Source: Candidatus Omnitrophota bacterium (GTDB taxonomy: Bacteria; Omnitrophota; Gorgyraeia; Zapsychrales; Zapsychraceae). Taken from it: 64,000 nucleotides of DNA. Position numbers and translations under genes: made by a program. The stretch covers positions 69,137 through 133,136 of the forward strand of contig JAGQKV010000016.1 in the NCBI GenBank assembly GCA_020429915.1, written 5' to 3'. The notes under the pieces are model-generated. The model was not told where the DNA came from and made no database searches. It was given only the letters and a program-made list of their open reading frames with translations. Positions 36,532 to 45,650 of the stretch are shown here, one piece after another (position 1 is the first letter of the stretch; each line of letters opens with the position of its first letter).

Positions 36532-37470
36532 ATGTTCACGCTGACATCCGTCACCGACCCGGGCGTATGCCGGGACCTGTGGGAGCGGTACATTCCGCAG
36601 GAACACATCACCGATCAATGGGAAGTCCGCGAATGTTTTCGCGAGGCCTTCGGCAGTGAGTTGCTCTTTCTGCATGTGACTGAGGACAACGAGCCGGTCG
36701 GCCTCCTGCCGCTGTGTTATGTTCCGGAACAGGATTACTATGCCTATTTTCCGGGTGAGCACTGGCAGGGCAAGACCTGGCTGGAGCGCAACCGGCTGCC
36801 CGTGCGGGATGCCGATATCGCCCGAGCCCTGCTGGACTGGTGTGAAGAGCGTCGCATGGGTTACCATCTGCGTTATCTTCTGCCGGACGACCGTCTGCAA
36901 AAGGGCGGTCCGTTGGTCGACGAAATCGGGTACCTCTTCCGGCCGGCAGACTTCGACTATAATATGGACCGGTATTTTGACGGGTTTTCCCGTAAGTCGA
37001 TCAAATCCATCCTGAAAGAGGTGCGGGTCTTTGAGGCACGCGGCCTCGAGTATCGCCTGGACGATTTCAGTGATTTCGACCTGCTGGTCGCGATGAACCG
37101 GGAACGTTTCGGGCAAACCTCATACTTCGCGGACCCGCGATTTACCGACGGCATGGAAAAGCTGACGGATCTGATGCAGGCGCGTGGCTGGCTGCGTATG
37201 GTCACCGTCTTGGTGGAGGGCCGGGCCGCAGCGGTGGACATGGGCTGCCTTTATAACGGCACGCTGACATTGCTGGCCGGCGGCACCGGTTCCGATTTTC
37301 GAGGGATTGCCAAGGTGATCAATCTTTATCACATGCGCCGCGCCTGTGAAGAACGGCTGGAAGAGGTCGATTTTCTGTGCGGTGACTTTCTCTGGAAACC
37401 GATGTTTCATCTTCATCCCAGGCCGCTCTATCAGCTGAGCAACCGGCCGGATTTAATCCACAAAGGATAA
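36532..37470 (+). CDS. FemAB-like GNAT-fold (Acetyltransf_6 / CelD-like) protein
   Basis: The C-terminal half (VTVLVEGRAAAVDMGCLYNGTLTLLAGG...) resembles FemAB-type GNAT. The start follows 2 nt after the upstream stop. Confidence 0.45.
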   Translation: MFTLTSVTDPGVCRDLWERYIPQEHITDQWEVRECFREAFGSELLFLHVTEDNEPVGLLPLCYVPEQDYYAYFPGEHWQGKTWLERNRLPVRDADIARALLDWCEERRMGYHLRYLLPDDRLQKGGPLVDEIGYLFRPADFDYNMDRYFDGFSRKSIKSILKEVRVFEARGLEYRLDDFSDFDLLVAMNRERFGQTSYFADPRFTDGMEKLTDLMQARGWLRMVTVLVEGRAAAVDMGCLYNGTLTLLAGGTGSDFRGIAKVINLYHMRRACEERLEEVDFLCGDFLWKPMFHLHPRPLYQLSNRPDLIHKG

Positions 37471-37474
37471 GCCG

Positions 37475-38773
37475 ATGTCCCCCCGTCCGCAGGTGCTCGT
37501 CATTGGGACGACTGCCGACTATATTGATGATTTGCGCCAACGCGTCCCCGGACGGTTATTGTTCCTGACGGACCCGGCGGAGAGGGACCGTTTCACCGGA
37601 CCGGCACCGGCGGGGCATGAGGAAATCTTGTGTCCTCTGGAAGATTCGGATCTGGTGACGACCGCGGTGCGCCGTTTTGTGGAGCGTCACGGTGTCGAGA
37701 TCGCCGGGATTACCTGCTACGACTGCGAATCCCTGGCGTTGACGGCACGAATTGCGGGTGCCTTGGGGTTGCCTTTTCATTCGCCGGCGGCGATCGGGCG
37801 GGCGCGGTCGAAGTTCCACGCCAAACTGCGCTGGCAGGAGGCGGGGCTGACCGCGCCGCGGGTCAAGCTCATGCGCAACATTACGGATGTCCTCGAGTTC
37901 TGGCGCGCGGCGGGCCGGGATATCGTTCTCAAGCCGCTGGCGGGCAGCGGCAGTGAGTTTGTCTTTCGCTGCCGGGACGAACAGGCGTGTTTGCAGGCCA
38001 TACGGACGATGCAGGAACGGATTCCCGTGCATCCCAACCGCCGGATGTATGCTTTGGAACGGCTGCCGGACCATGTTTCTCCGGTGGACACGTTTTGCGC
38101 CGAAACCTACGTTGGCGGGGCCGAGTACAGCTGCGACGCGGTGATCAGCAACGGAGAATTGCGCGTGGTGCGTCTCACTAGAAAACTTCCCCTTGACGAC
38201 GAGGAGTTCGGGACCACGATGGCGTATCAGATACTCAATGACTATCCGCGGTATCTGCCGGAGCGGGAGCTGCGTGTCGTGTTAAAGAACGCGGCCCGGA
38301 GCCTGGGACTGTATCATGCCTGGTTTATGGCGGATTTCAAACTTTTCAGAAACCGGATATGGTTATTGGAGGTGACTCCGCGGCCCGGCGGGGATTGCCT
38401 GCCGGCCCTGGTGTCCGCTGCCGGAGGTCCGGATATACGTTTGGCCGTCCTCGATTTTGCCGCCGGTCAACGCGTGTCACTACCTCAGCTCGCAGAATAC
38501 CGTCCGCTGGTGGGATTGCAATGCTTTGCCAGCCGGGAGGGACGCCTGAGTCAACTGGAAATGCCCGAAGACTTTGTGCGATCCAAACTGGTGCAGGTGT
38601 GCCTTAACAAGCGTCCCGGTGACGTTGTCCGGCTGCCGCCGGAAGACTATGATTCACGCAAGTTGGGTACGATTATTTTCGAACCGGTCGCACGAATCCC
38701 CGTGGAGGCCCAGTGTCGCGAGATACGCAAGGCTTTAAAGGTGGAGATGGAGGAGACGGCTCATGCAACGTGA
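37475..38773 (+). CDS. ATP-grasp domain carboxylate-amine ligase
   Basis: SKFHAKLRWQEAGLTAPR, IVLKPLAGSGSEFVF, GAEYSCDAV, WLLEVTPRPGGD. Confidence 0.7.
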   Translation: MSPRPQVLVIGTTADYIDDLRQRVPGRLLFLTDPAERDRFTGPAPAGHEEILCPLEDSDLVTTAVRRFVERHGVEIAGITCYDCESLALTARIAGALGLPFHSPAAIGRARSKFHAKLRWQEAGLTAPRVKLMRNITDVLEFWRAAGRDIVLKPLAGSGSEFVFRCRDEQACLQAIRTMQERIPVHPNRRMYALERLPDHVSPVDTFCAETYVGGAEYSCDAVISNGELRVVRLTRKLPLDDEEFGTTMAYQILNDYPRYLPERELRVVLKNAARSLGLYHAWFMADFKLFRNRIWLLEVTPRPGGDCLPALVSAAGGPDIRLAVLDFAAGQRVSLPQLAEYRPLVGLQCFASREGRLSQLEMPEDFVRSKLVQVCLNKRPGDVVRLPPEDYDSRKLGTIIFEPVARIPVEAQCREIRKALKVEMEETAHAT

Positions 38774-40061
38774 GGAAATTCTCCGCCGGGCGGCTGAAAT
38801 GCTCGATCAGGAAGTTCCCGGACTGGACAGAGACCTGCTGCGCAATCATGTGCGGCGTTTCCTGGACCGGCGCGACGTATACCTCAGCGCGCGTGAGGAA
38901 AAGGGATCTCCCCTGTACCTGTTCGACGAACGGGCCTTGGTCAAGGCGGCCGAAGAATTCCGCGGCACTTTTCAGGCGGCGATTCCGGATGTGTCCTGCT
39001 TTTACGCCATAAAAAGCAATTATCACTCATTCTTTCTGGGAACGCTGGCACGGCTCGGTTACGGTCTGGACGTTTCCAGCGGAGATGAACTTATGAGGGC
39101 CGTTGAATTCGGCCCGACTGCTGTTATTTTCAGCGGGCCGGGAAAAACGCCCGCCGAGCTTGCGGCCGCCTGTTCCGTGTCCGGCCGTGTCACTGTGTTG
39201 ATCGACAGTTTCGGTGAACTCGACCGTCTGCAGGCCGCCGCCGAGGCGGCCGCCGTCAACGTGACGGCCGGGGTGCGCGTTTCCGTCGAAGACCGCGGAT
39301 TGTGGCGCAAGTTCGGTATTCCGGTCAGCCGGCTTCAGGAGTTTCTCCGCCGCGCAGCGAAGTGTTCGCGCGTGCGGGTCGAGGGGATCCAGTACCATAC
39401 CAGCTGGAATCTCGACACCGCCTCCCATGAACGCTTTTTAAACAAACTCGGCGGTCACCTGCAAGCCCTGACAACCGCGGAACGGGAGGTGCTACATTTT
39501 CTCGATATCGGCGGCGGGTTTTGGCCGGCGGAGGGAGAGTGGCTGCACGCCGCAGTCACCCCGTCCGGACAGTTGCGCCATTTTGTTGACCCCGGCATCC
39601 TGCCCGGCAGTGACCACCGATGTTCCCGGGCCTTGACGATTCACGATTTCGCCCAAGGCATCCGCAGTGCCTTGGAACGGGACATCTATCCGTACTGGAA
39701 ACCGCAGATTTATCTGGAGCCCGGACGCTGGATATGCCATTCGGCCATGCACATCCTGCTGACCGTCGTCGACAAGAAATCGCCGGACCTGGTCATTACT
39801 GACGGCGGGACCAATAGCGTCGGTTGGGAGCGTTACGAACATGATTACTTTCCGGTCATTAATCTTTCGCGGCCGTCCCTGCGTGAAAAAAGTTGTCTGA
39901 TTTGCGGGGCGCTGTGCACTCCGCACGACCTTTGGGGATATCACTATTTTGGCGAGGATATTGAGGCCGGAGATGTCCTGTTGATTCCTGATCAGGGCGC
40001 GTATACCTACAGCCTCCGCCAGCAATTTATCAAGTCCCTTCCCGGCGAAGCCGTTATCTGA
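38763..40061 (+). CDS. PLP-dependent fold-III decarboxylase (ornithine/diaminopimelate/carboxynorspermidine decarboxylase family)
   Basis: FYAIKSNYH (PLP-Lys motif), IFSGPGKT, GGG..., C-terminal beta-domain. 11-nt overlap with the upstream gene. Confidence 0.8.
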   Translation: MQREEILRRAAEMLDQEVPGLDRDLLRNHVRRFLDRRDVYLSAREEKGSPLYLFDERALVKAAEEFRGTFQAAIPDVSCFYAIKSNYHSFFLGTLARLGYGLDVSSGDELMRAVEFGPTAVIFSGPGKTPAELAAACSVSGRVTVLIDSFGELDRLQAAAEAAAVNVTAGVRVSVEDRGLWRKFGIPVSRLQEFLRRAAKCSRVRVEGIQYHTSWNLDTASHERFLNKLGGHLQALTTAEREVLHFLDIGGGFWPAEGEWLHAAVTPSGQLRHFVDPGILPGSDHRCSRALTIHDFAQGIRSALERDIYPYWKPQIYLEPGRWICHSAMHILLTVVDKKSPDLVITDGGTNSVGWERYEHDYFPVINLSRPSLREKSCLICGALCTPHDLWGYHYFGEDIEAGDVLLIPDQGAYTYSLRQQFIKSLPGEAVI

Positions 40062-40126
40062 CGCGTTTCCGTCCGTGACCCGACCCGGAGCTTGACAACC
40101 GGACGGCGTCCCGATACATTACCCTT

Positions 40127-40396
40127 ATGAAAGCTTTCCTTGCCGGCATCATGATCGTATTGATGACTTTGGTCTTCACAACCGGCGGCGCAGTCCTTTC
40201 GGCGGACGCGGCCGTTGAGGCCCACGAACAACTTCCCGACGAAATCCAGGATTCCCCCGAAGAAGAGGCCGACATGCCCGAATTTCACTTCGCGCCCGAC
40301 CGGCTGCGCCTGCGATTAAATGCCCATCCCACCGCGAATCTCTACCGCGATCCCGTCATTGCCGTTTTAATCAGACCCCCCAAGACACACGCGTAA
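40127..40396 (+). CDS. Small acidic secreted hypothetical protein
   Basis: Signal peptide. 89 aa. Confidence 0.35.
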   Translation: MKAFLAGIMIVLMTLVFTTGGAVLSADAAVEAHEQLPDEIQDSPEEEADMPEFHFAPDRLRLRLNAHPTANLYRDPVIAVLIRPPKTHA

Positions 40397-40492
40397 ACAA
40401 CCCATCGGTGAAACCGTGTCGTCGCGGGGTGTGACCGACCGTCACCACCCCGGGCGTCCGCGTCGACGACTGTTTACGCAGGGGGTGTCTCT

Positions 40493-41365
40493 GTGCCTTT
40501 CTCGTTCTTTCTCTGCTTGTATGAGCATTTTCAAAAGAAGCATGCCGAAGACTTTGATCAAAACAACAGGATCCTTTCGCCGGAGGATATCCGGGGACTG
40601 CTGCGCAGCGCCGACCGCGCGCGGGCGCTGCGCGTCCTGCGGTCCGCCGTCGTGGACCATCACCCGGTGGACGGTGTCCCGTACCATTTGCGGTATCCGG
40701 TCAATGAGCTCTTTTATCACGACCGTTTTAAGCGCGCGGTCATCGCCGCGGGCATCGGCCGCGAGTTGGAGCCGGTCGATAAACGCGAGCTGGAGGACGC
40801 GCTGGCGATACTCCATGCCCTGATCGATCCGGGGTATAATGCCGGTTTTGTGGTCCTGCTGGCTTGGGACGCCCTTGGGCATCTGAACGCCGGAGAGCCT
40901 GCCGTCATGGAGCGGTTCGCGCCGGACTTACGGCGGGCCCTGGCCGGACCCGTAGGAGGCGCGATCGGCGCGCTGGTCTATTGTGACCACGCGCGTTCGG
41001 CAGGAACGGCAAATGCCGTTATGCCTATTCTTTTGGCCGCCGCCGGCGAAGTCCGCTTCCGGCTGCAGAAGGTGTTACTGCGTTATTATCTGGAGCAATT
41101 TCCCGCCGCGATGGCCGGTCCGGCGATCGCAACCTTGTCCGCGGGGTCGGGCATCGGGCGGTTCGTCCGGGAAGTCCGCGACGGCCGATCCTGGTCGCAG
41201 GCCGACATTACCGAGGGGTTGGTCCAGATCGATCTCTTCGGCGTGAGTCAGGAACGGACCTTTTGGGACAATACACCCCATGCCGAAGTCGGCCGGCTGG
41301 TCACGGCCGCGGCGCAGGAGTATCTGCGCATCTGCGGGGCCTACACCAACGGAGTCCGTAGCTAG
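40493..41365 (+). CDS. Hypothetical protein
   Basis: 290-aa ORF at typical GC with no recognisable motif. Confidence 0.4.
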   Translation: MPFSFFLCLYEHFQKKHAEDFDQNNRILSPEDIRGLLRSADRARALRVLRSAVVDHHPVDGVPYHLRYPVNELFYHDRFKRAVIAAGIGRELEPVDKRELEDALAILHALIDPGYNAGFVVLLAWDALGHLNAGEPAVMERFAPDLRRALAGPVGGAIGALVYCDHARSAGTANAVMPILLAAAGEVRFRLQKVLLRYYLEQFPAAMAGPAIATLSAGSGIGRFVREVRDGRSWSQADITEGLVQIDLFGVSQERTFWDNTPHAEVGRLVTAAAQEYLRICGAYTNGVRS

Positions 41366-41382
41366 GGCCTGTTTCACCGCAT

Positions 41383-41411
41383 TTCCCACCTTGCCAACTT
41401 TATGCTACAAT
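41383..41411 (+). promoter_or_regulatory. Candidate promoter TTCCCA-N17-TACAAT
   Basis: Read directly. The -35 element is weak. Confidence 0.2.
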
Positions 41412-41516
41412 AATCGCTCCACCCGATTTGAATTCGAACCGATGCATAACGGCGGGAGGAGGATACGAGTGTCATCGTGGAGCGCTTCCGGCCCAACCTT
41501 TATCCAAGGAGTTTGA

Positions 41517-42404
41517 ATGAGCTCAGCTGTCTTTTCCAAAAAAGAGGCCCTTTCGCACGGGTTTTATCAAACACAAAAATACATCGGCCTTATCTTGCTC
41601 ATCGGCCTGACCTTTTTTCTCATGAGCATCGTCACCGGTATCTTCGACGCCTTTGCCGGCAAGGGAACCTTGAGCCAACCGCCGCATACGGAGATGGACA
41701 TCACGGAGGAGCAGTCCAACATGCTGATGAAAGTCCTGGTGGACGACGGTTATGTCACCAAGCTCGGCTTGGTCACCGGGAAATTACGGTATCTGGACGA
41801 TCCTAACGAACTGGATCTGCCGTTCCAGCTGGAACCTAAGCGCAAGGAGATCTTCGCCTATCTGCAGCAGTTCCGCTACAAACTTCCGTTTCCGCGGCCC
41901 GTTTTCTTTGTGCTGCGGGTATTGCTGTGGTCCGTGACCATGCTGATGAATATCGGGTACATCAAAATGACACTGCTGATGTCCCGCGATCAAAAACCGC
42001 GATTGTCCGAATTGTTCTCCAACCTCGACTATCTTATCGCCTACATTCTCGGCACCCTGTGTTATACCGCGGCCTTGGTGGGAGGGTTGCTTTTATTGAT
42101 CGTCCCGGGGATCATCTTCGGCGTTATGTGTCAGTTGTATACGTTCCTGATTATCGACCAGGGCCTGGGGCCGATCGAGTCGCTGAAGCGCAGTGCGCAG
42201 CTGACCAAAGGTTCGCGGATGAACCTCTTTGTGCTGGGCATACTCTACGTATTGATCAATATCGCCGGCGCGCTGTGCTTGCTGGTCGGCCTTATCTGGA
42301 GCATTCCCACGACGTCGATCGCCATGGCCTACGTATTCGATCGGCTGTCAGCCGCCGAATCCGGCGGCAGCGGAAGCCTGGAGGATATTATCAAGTCGGT
42401 TTAG
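41517..42404 (+). CDS. Polytopic membrane protein (DUF975-like architecture)
   Basis: 295 aa with 5-6 TM segments. Confidence 0.45.
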   Translation: MSSAVFSKKEALSHGFYQTQKYIGLILLIGLTFFLMSIVTGIFDAFAGKGTLSQPPHTEMDITEEQSNMLMKVLVDDGYVTKLGLVTGKLRYLDDPNELDLPFQLEPKRKEIFAYLQQFRYKLPFPRPVFFVLRVLLWSVTMLMNIGYIKMTLLMSRDQKPRLSELFSNLDYLIAYILGTLCYTAALVGGLLLLIVPGIIFGVMCQLYTFLIIDQGLGPIESLKRSAQLTKGSRMNLFVLGILYVLINIAGALCLLVGLIWSIPTTSIAMAYVFDRLSAAESGGSGSLEDIIKSV

Positions 42405-42431
42405 ACTATCATCTGGAGAAAGACACATCGC

Positions 42432-42725
42432 ATGAAACGGCAATTGACACCGATCATCATGACAGCCGTGATCGCGGCTACGGTTTCAGGTAATCCCGTC
42501 GCGGCAGACGTTAAGGAAAAATCCAGGAAGACCGAACTGGTCACCTACGCGACCGGCCCGGCGGGGGAGGCCGATCCCGGCCGGCTGGGTGTTCGGGAGG
42601 TGGAGGTGGTCCGGCCGGACAGCGACGGATGGGCCGCGCTCAAGACCGGAGGGCGTTTCGTATTCGATGTGCTCACCCTGCCGGTGGAAATCGTTCGGGT
42701 CCTGTGGGAGTCGGCCACGGAATAG
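42432..42725 (+). CDS. Small secreted hypothetical protein
   Basis: Signal peptide. 97 aa. Confidence 0.35.
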   Translation: MKRQLTPIIMTAVIAATVSGNPVAADVKEKSRKTELVTYATGPAGEADPGRLGVREVEVVRPDSDGWAALKTGGRFVFDVLTLPVEIVRVLWESATE

Positions 42726-42764
42726 ATAAGTGATAAGGGATAGGTGATAAGTGATAAGAGATTT
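42726..42764 (+). repeat. Tandem octamer array ATAAGTGATAAGGGATAGGTGATAAGTGATAAGAGATTTG (GTGATAAG/GGGATAAG family)
   Basis: Read directly. It lies between a stop codon and the next gene's signal-peptide ATG. Confidence 0.5.
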
Positions 42765-42777
42765 GAACATATATCGG

Positions 42778-43353
42778 ATGTTGATCACGGTGTGCGGGCC
42801 GGGTCTGGTGCTTACCGGTGTTTTGTTCACGGCTCCCCGGGCCGGGGCATTGACGACGATGGATTTGATGAGCTGGCAGTACCCGACGGATCAGGAATTA
42901 ACGGGTCTGGCGGTGGAGCACGGTTTAATCAAGCCGGATCTGCGCGATCGCTACAAGGCGAATGATACGGCTACCAACTGGAAGTTGTGGATTATCCGTT
43001 CACGGGAGGAAAAACGGCTGCTGATCAAACAGATGAAGGATGTCTTTGCCGAAGCCGACAATGCCGTTATCCTGAAGCCGGACGAACACTATGTGGACGA
43101 AATCAATATCCGGATTCAGAATATCCTCAAAGAGGGGAATATCGACTATTTCAACAAGGTGACCGTCCCGACGCTGTTCAAGAGTCTGGCGATCATTGAA
43201 GGCGACTATAACGACGGCCGTACCCAGCCGTTGCAGCTGATCCGCAATTGGTTCGGTGAAACCGGTGTCGAACAGATGAAGGAGCGTTTTCCGGAACGCT
43301 ATGAACAGTTGAAACAGCAGGAACTGGACGCGGCTTTGCAACCCCGACCGTAA
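42778..43353 (+). CDS. Hypothetical secreted protein
   Basis: Signal peptide MLITVCGPGLVLTGVLFTAPRAGA. The track ORF began at a GTG inside the repeat. Confidence 0.45.
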   Translation: MLITVCGPGLVLTGVLFTAPRAGALTTMDLMSWQYPTDQELTGLAVEHGLIKPDLRDRYKANDTATNWKLWIIRSREEKRLLIKQMKDVFAEADNAVILKPDEHYVDEINIRIQNILKEGNIDYFNKVTVPTLFKSLAIIEGDYNDGRTQPLQLIRNWFGETGVEQMKERFPERYEQLKQQELDAALQPRP

Positions 43354-43368
43354 AGGACCGCGCACGCC

Positions 43369-45069
43369 ATGCCTATTTCCATCCGCCGTATCGGAAAGAT
43401 CGAAAAGACCTACCAGCATTTCAAACGCTTCGAAGAAATCATTTATATCGTATTCAAGTACGGCCTGCAGGACGCCATTCGCGGTTTCGATCTGCCCGGT
43501 CCGCTGAAGGCCTTAAGTGAGCGCGTCTGGGACAAAAAGGTGCGTGCCCTGCACAAAGAGCCGTTTGCCAAGCGCCTGCGACTGGCCTTGATCGAAATGG
43601 GCCCCACCTTCGTCAAGTTCGGCCAGATTATGTCGATGCGTGTGGAATTCTTTTCATCCGATATTATCGAGGAGCTGACTCAACTTCAGGACGCGGTCCC
43701 CGCGTTTCCCTTTGAGGAGGTGGAGAAGACCGTTACCGCCGAACTGGGCGGCATGCTTCACAAAAATTTTCCCCAGTTCGAGGAAGAACCCATCGGTTCG
43801 GCTTCACTCGGGCAGGTTCACCGTGCCCGGCTGCCCGACGGACGGCGGGTGGTCGTCAAAGTCCAGCGGCCCGAAATAAAAGGCCGGATTGAAATCGATC
43901 TGGAGATCATGATGCATCTGGCGGAATGGGCGGAGAATAATATCGAGGAGTTCCAGTACCGCCGGCCGGCCCAGTTCCTGGAAGAATTCGCCTATGCCAT
44001 CGAAAGGGAACTGGATTATAAACAGGAGGAAGCCAATATTCAGAGATTTCAGGAGCTATTCCGGAGCGATCCCGGTGTGCACATCATGGGGTGCTATCCG
44101 GATCTCTCCACCGAACGGGTACTGACCCTGGAAGAGATCGAGGGCGTCAGGGTGCGCGAACTCGGCCGCTTGGAGCAGGAAGGATTTGACCGGCGCGTTC
44201 TCGCCGACCGCGGCGTAGACTGCGTGCTGAGCCAAATCTTTGATCACGGGTTCTTCCACGCCGATCCGCATCCGGGAAATATCTTCGCGACCACCGGAAA
44301 TGTCGTGTCCTTTATTGACTTCGGGATGGTGGGGCGGCTTAACCGGCGGCATCGGGAGCTGATGGCCGATTTTCTGTACGCGGTCAATCAGCGGGATGCG
44401 GGCCGGGCGGTGAAGTATCTGGTGAAGATCACGACGGACGCACGGGAGGCGGACCTTCCGCGGCTGGAGAAGGAGATCGGGGAGCTGATCGACCGCTATG
44501 TCAGCAAGCCGATCAAAGAGGTGTCTTTTGCCGAATTGTTCGCACGGCTCAGCGGTGTCCTGGCCGATCACCACATGACGATACCGGCCGATTTTTCCAT
44601 GATGCTCAAGTCGATTTCGACTCTGGAGGGAGTGGGGCGGTCGCTTGATCCGGATATCAATCTCACCCGTAAACTTGTGCCGTACCTCTACCGGTTGAGG
44701 ATTGCCCGGTTGCGTCCGACGCATGTCGCCGGCGACATCACCGACTCGACGATTCAGTTTGTCGAACTCTTCCAGGATATTCCCGAGAAAGTCCGCGACT
44801 TTCTCCAGCTGTCACTCAAGGGAGAGGCGCAGATCCGCGTAGAGCATCGGCAAAGTGAGTCTTTCAAGATTTTCTGGAATCAACTCACCAACCGTTTGGC
44901 TGTGGCGTTGATTCTTTCGGCTCTGCTCATCGGTTCATCGATTATTGTGCTTTCGGGCCTGCCGCCAAAATGGAACGACATTCCGATCGTCGGGCTGATA
45001 GGTTTTATCTTGGCGGGGCTGATGAGTCTCAGCCTGTTATTTTCCATCTGGCGCAGCGGTAAGTTCTAG
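43369..45069 (+). CDS. ubiB: ABC1/UbiB atypical kinase family protein with C-terminal TM helices
   Basis: GPTFVKFGQIMS, PIGSASLGQVHRA, VVVKVQRP, FFHADPHPGNIF. Confidence 0.85.
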   Translation: MPISIRRIGKIEKTYQHFKRFEEIIYIVFKYGLQDAIRGFDLPGPLKALSERVWDKKVRALHKEPFAKRLRLALIEMGPTFVKFGQIMSMRVEFFSSDIIEELTQLQDAVPAFPFEEVEKTVTAELGGMLHKNFPQFEEEPIGSASLGQVHRARLPDGRRVVVKVQRPEIKGRIEIDLEIMMHLAEWAENNIEEFQYRRPAQFLEEFAYAIERELDYKQEEANIQRFQELFRSDPGVHIMGCYPDLSTERVLTLEEIEGVRVRELGRLEQEGFDRRVLADRGVDCVLSQIFDHGFFHADPHPGNIFATTGNVVSFIDFGMVGRLNRRHRELMADFLYAVNQRDAGRAVKYLVKITTDAREADLPRLEKEIGELIDRYVSKPIKEVSFAELFARLSGVLADHHMTIPADFSMMLKSISTLEGVGRSLDPDINLTRKLVPYLYRLRIARLRPTHVAGDITDSTIQFVELFQDIPEKVRDFLQLSLKGEAQIRVEHRQSESFKIFWNQLTNRLAVALILSALLIGSSIIVLSGLPPKWNDIPIVGLIGFILAGLMSLSLLFSIWRSGKF

Positions 45070-45365
45070 TCGGATTTGGACCGTAATATGTCCAGGGTTC
45101 TGGTTACGCCTTTTTTAAGTTCGGAGACGGCGTTTTCCAAACCTTTATGCGCCTCATCGAATGCCTGTTGCGAGATATCGGTCAGTTTAACGAGACGTTC
45201 CTGCGCTTTGCTCAGTTCGGATTCCAAACGGTCGATTTCCGGTTTGAGTTTGTCACGCGCTTCCATTTCAAGAAGTTTTGCCTGCACGCGCGCTTCTTCC
45301 AGCTTGGTTTCCAGGAGATCGATTTCTTCGCGGATAATGTCGATAATATCTTTGCGTTCTGTCAT
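45066..45365 (-). CDS. Small coiled-coil hypothetical protein
   Basis: 99 aa with heptad-rich sequence. It lies in a gap with no + strand gene. Confidence 0.4.
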   Translation of the reverse strand: MTERKDIIDIIREEIDLLETKLEEARVQAKLLEMEARDKLKPEIDRLESELSKAQERLVKLTDISQQAFDEAHKGLENAVSELKKGVTRTLDILRSKSD

Positions 45366-45650
45366 GATTAACTCCTTGGGCTAGAGATATTAGGGGGTTG
45401 TGTTCCCTATTATAAATCCGGGACGTCCGTTGTGCAAATGGGGAAAATGCGCAAATCCTCTTAAACTGTTGAAGATAAGCGCCTTATCAGGGATCACTTG
45501 AAGAAAATGGAATTTGCCGCTACAATAGAGCTCTGCCTTTTTGACATCGTCAAAACTTCGCCCGCGAAACGGCAGGGGCCTGACCCTGCCAGTACCAAAC
45601 GATAACAACAGCCAATACCCAGGGATGATATCCCAAAAGGACTGGTATAT

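Noticed and set aside
42751-42777. GTG start of the 42751 ORF inside the octamer repeat
   Set aside because: The start would lie within the repeat array. The downstream ATG at 42778 begins a canonical signal peptide.
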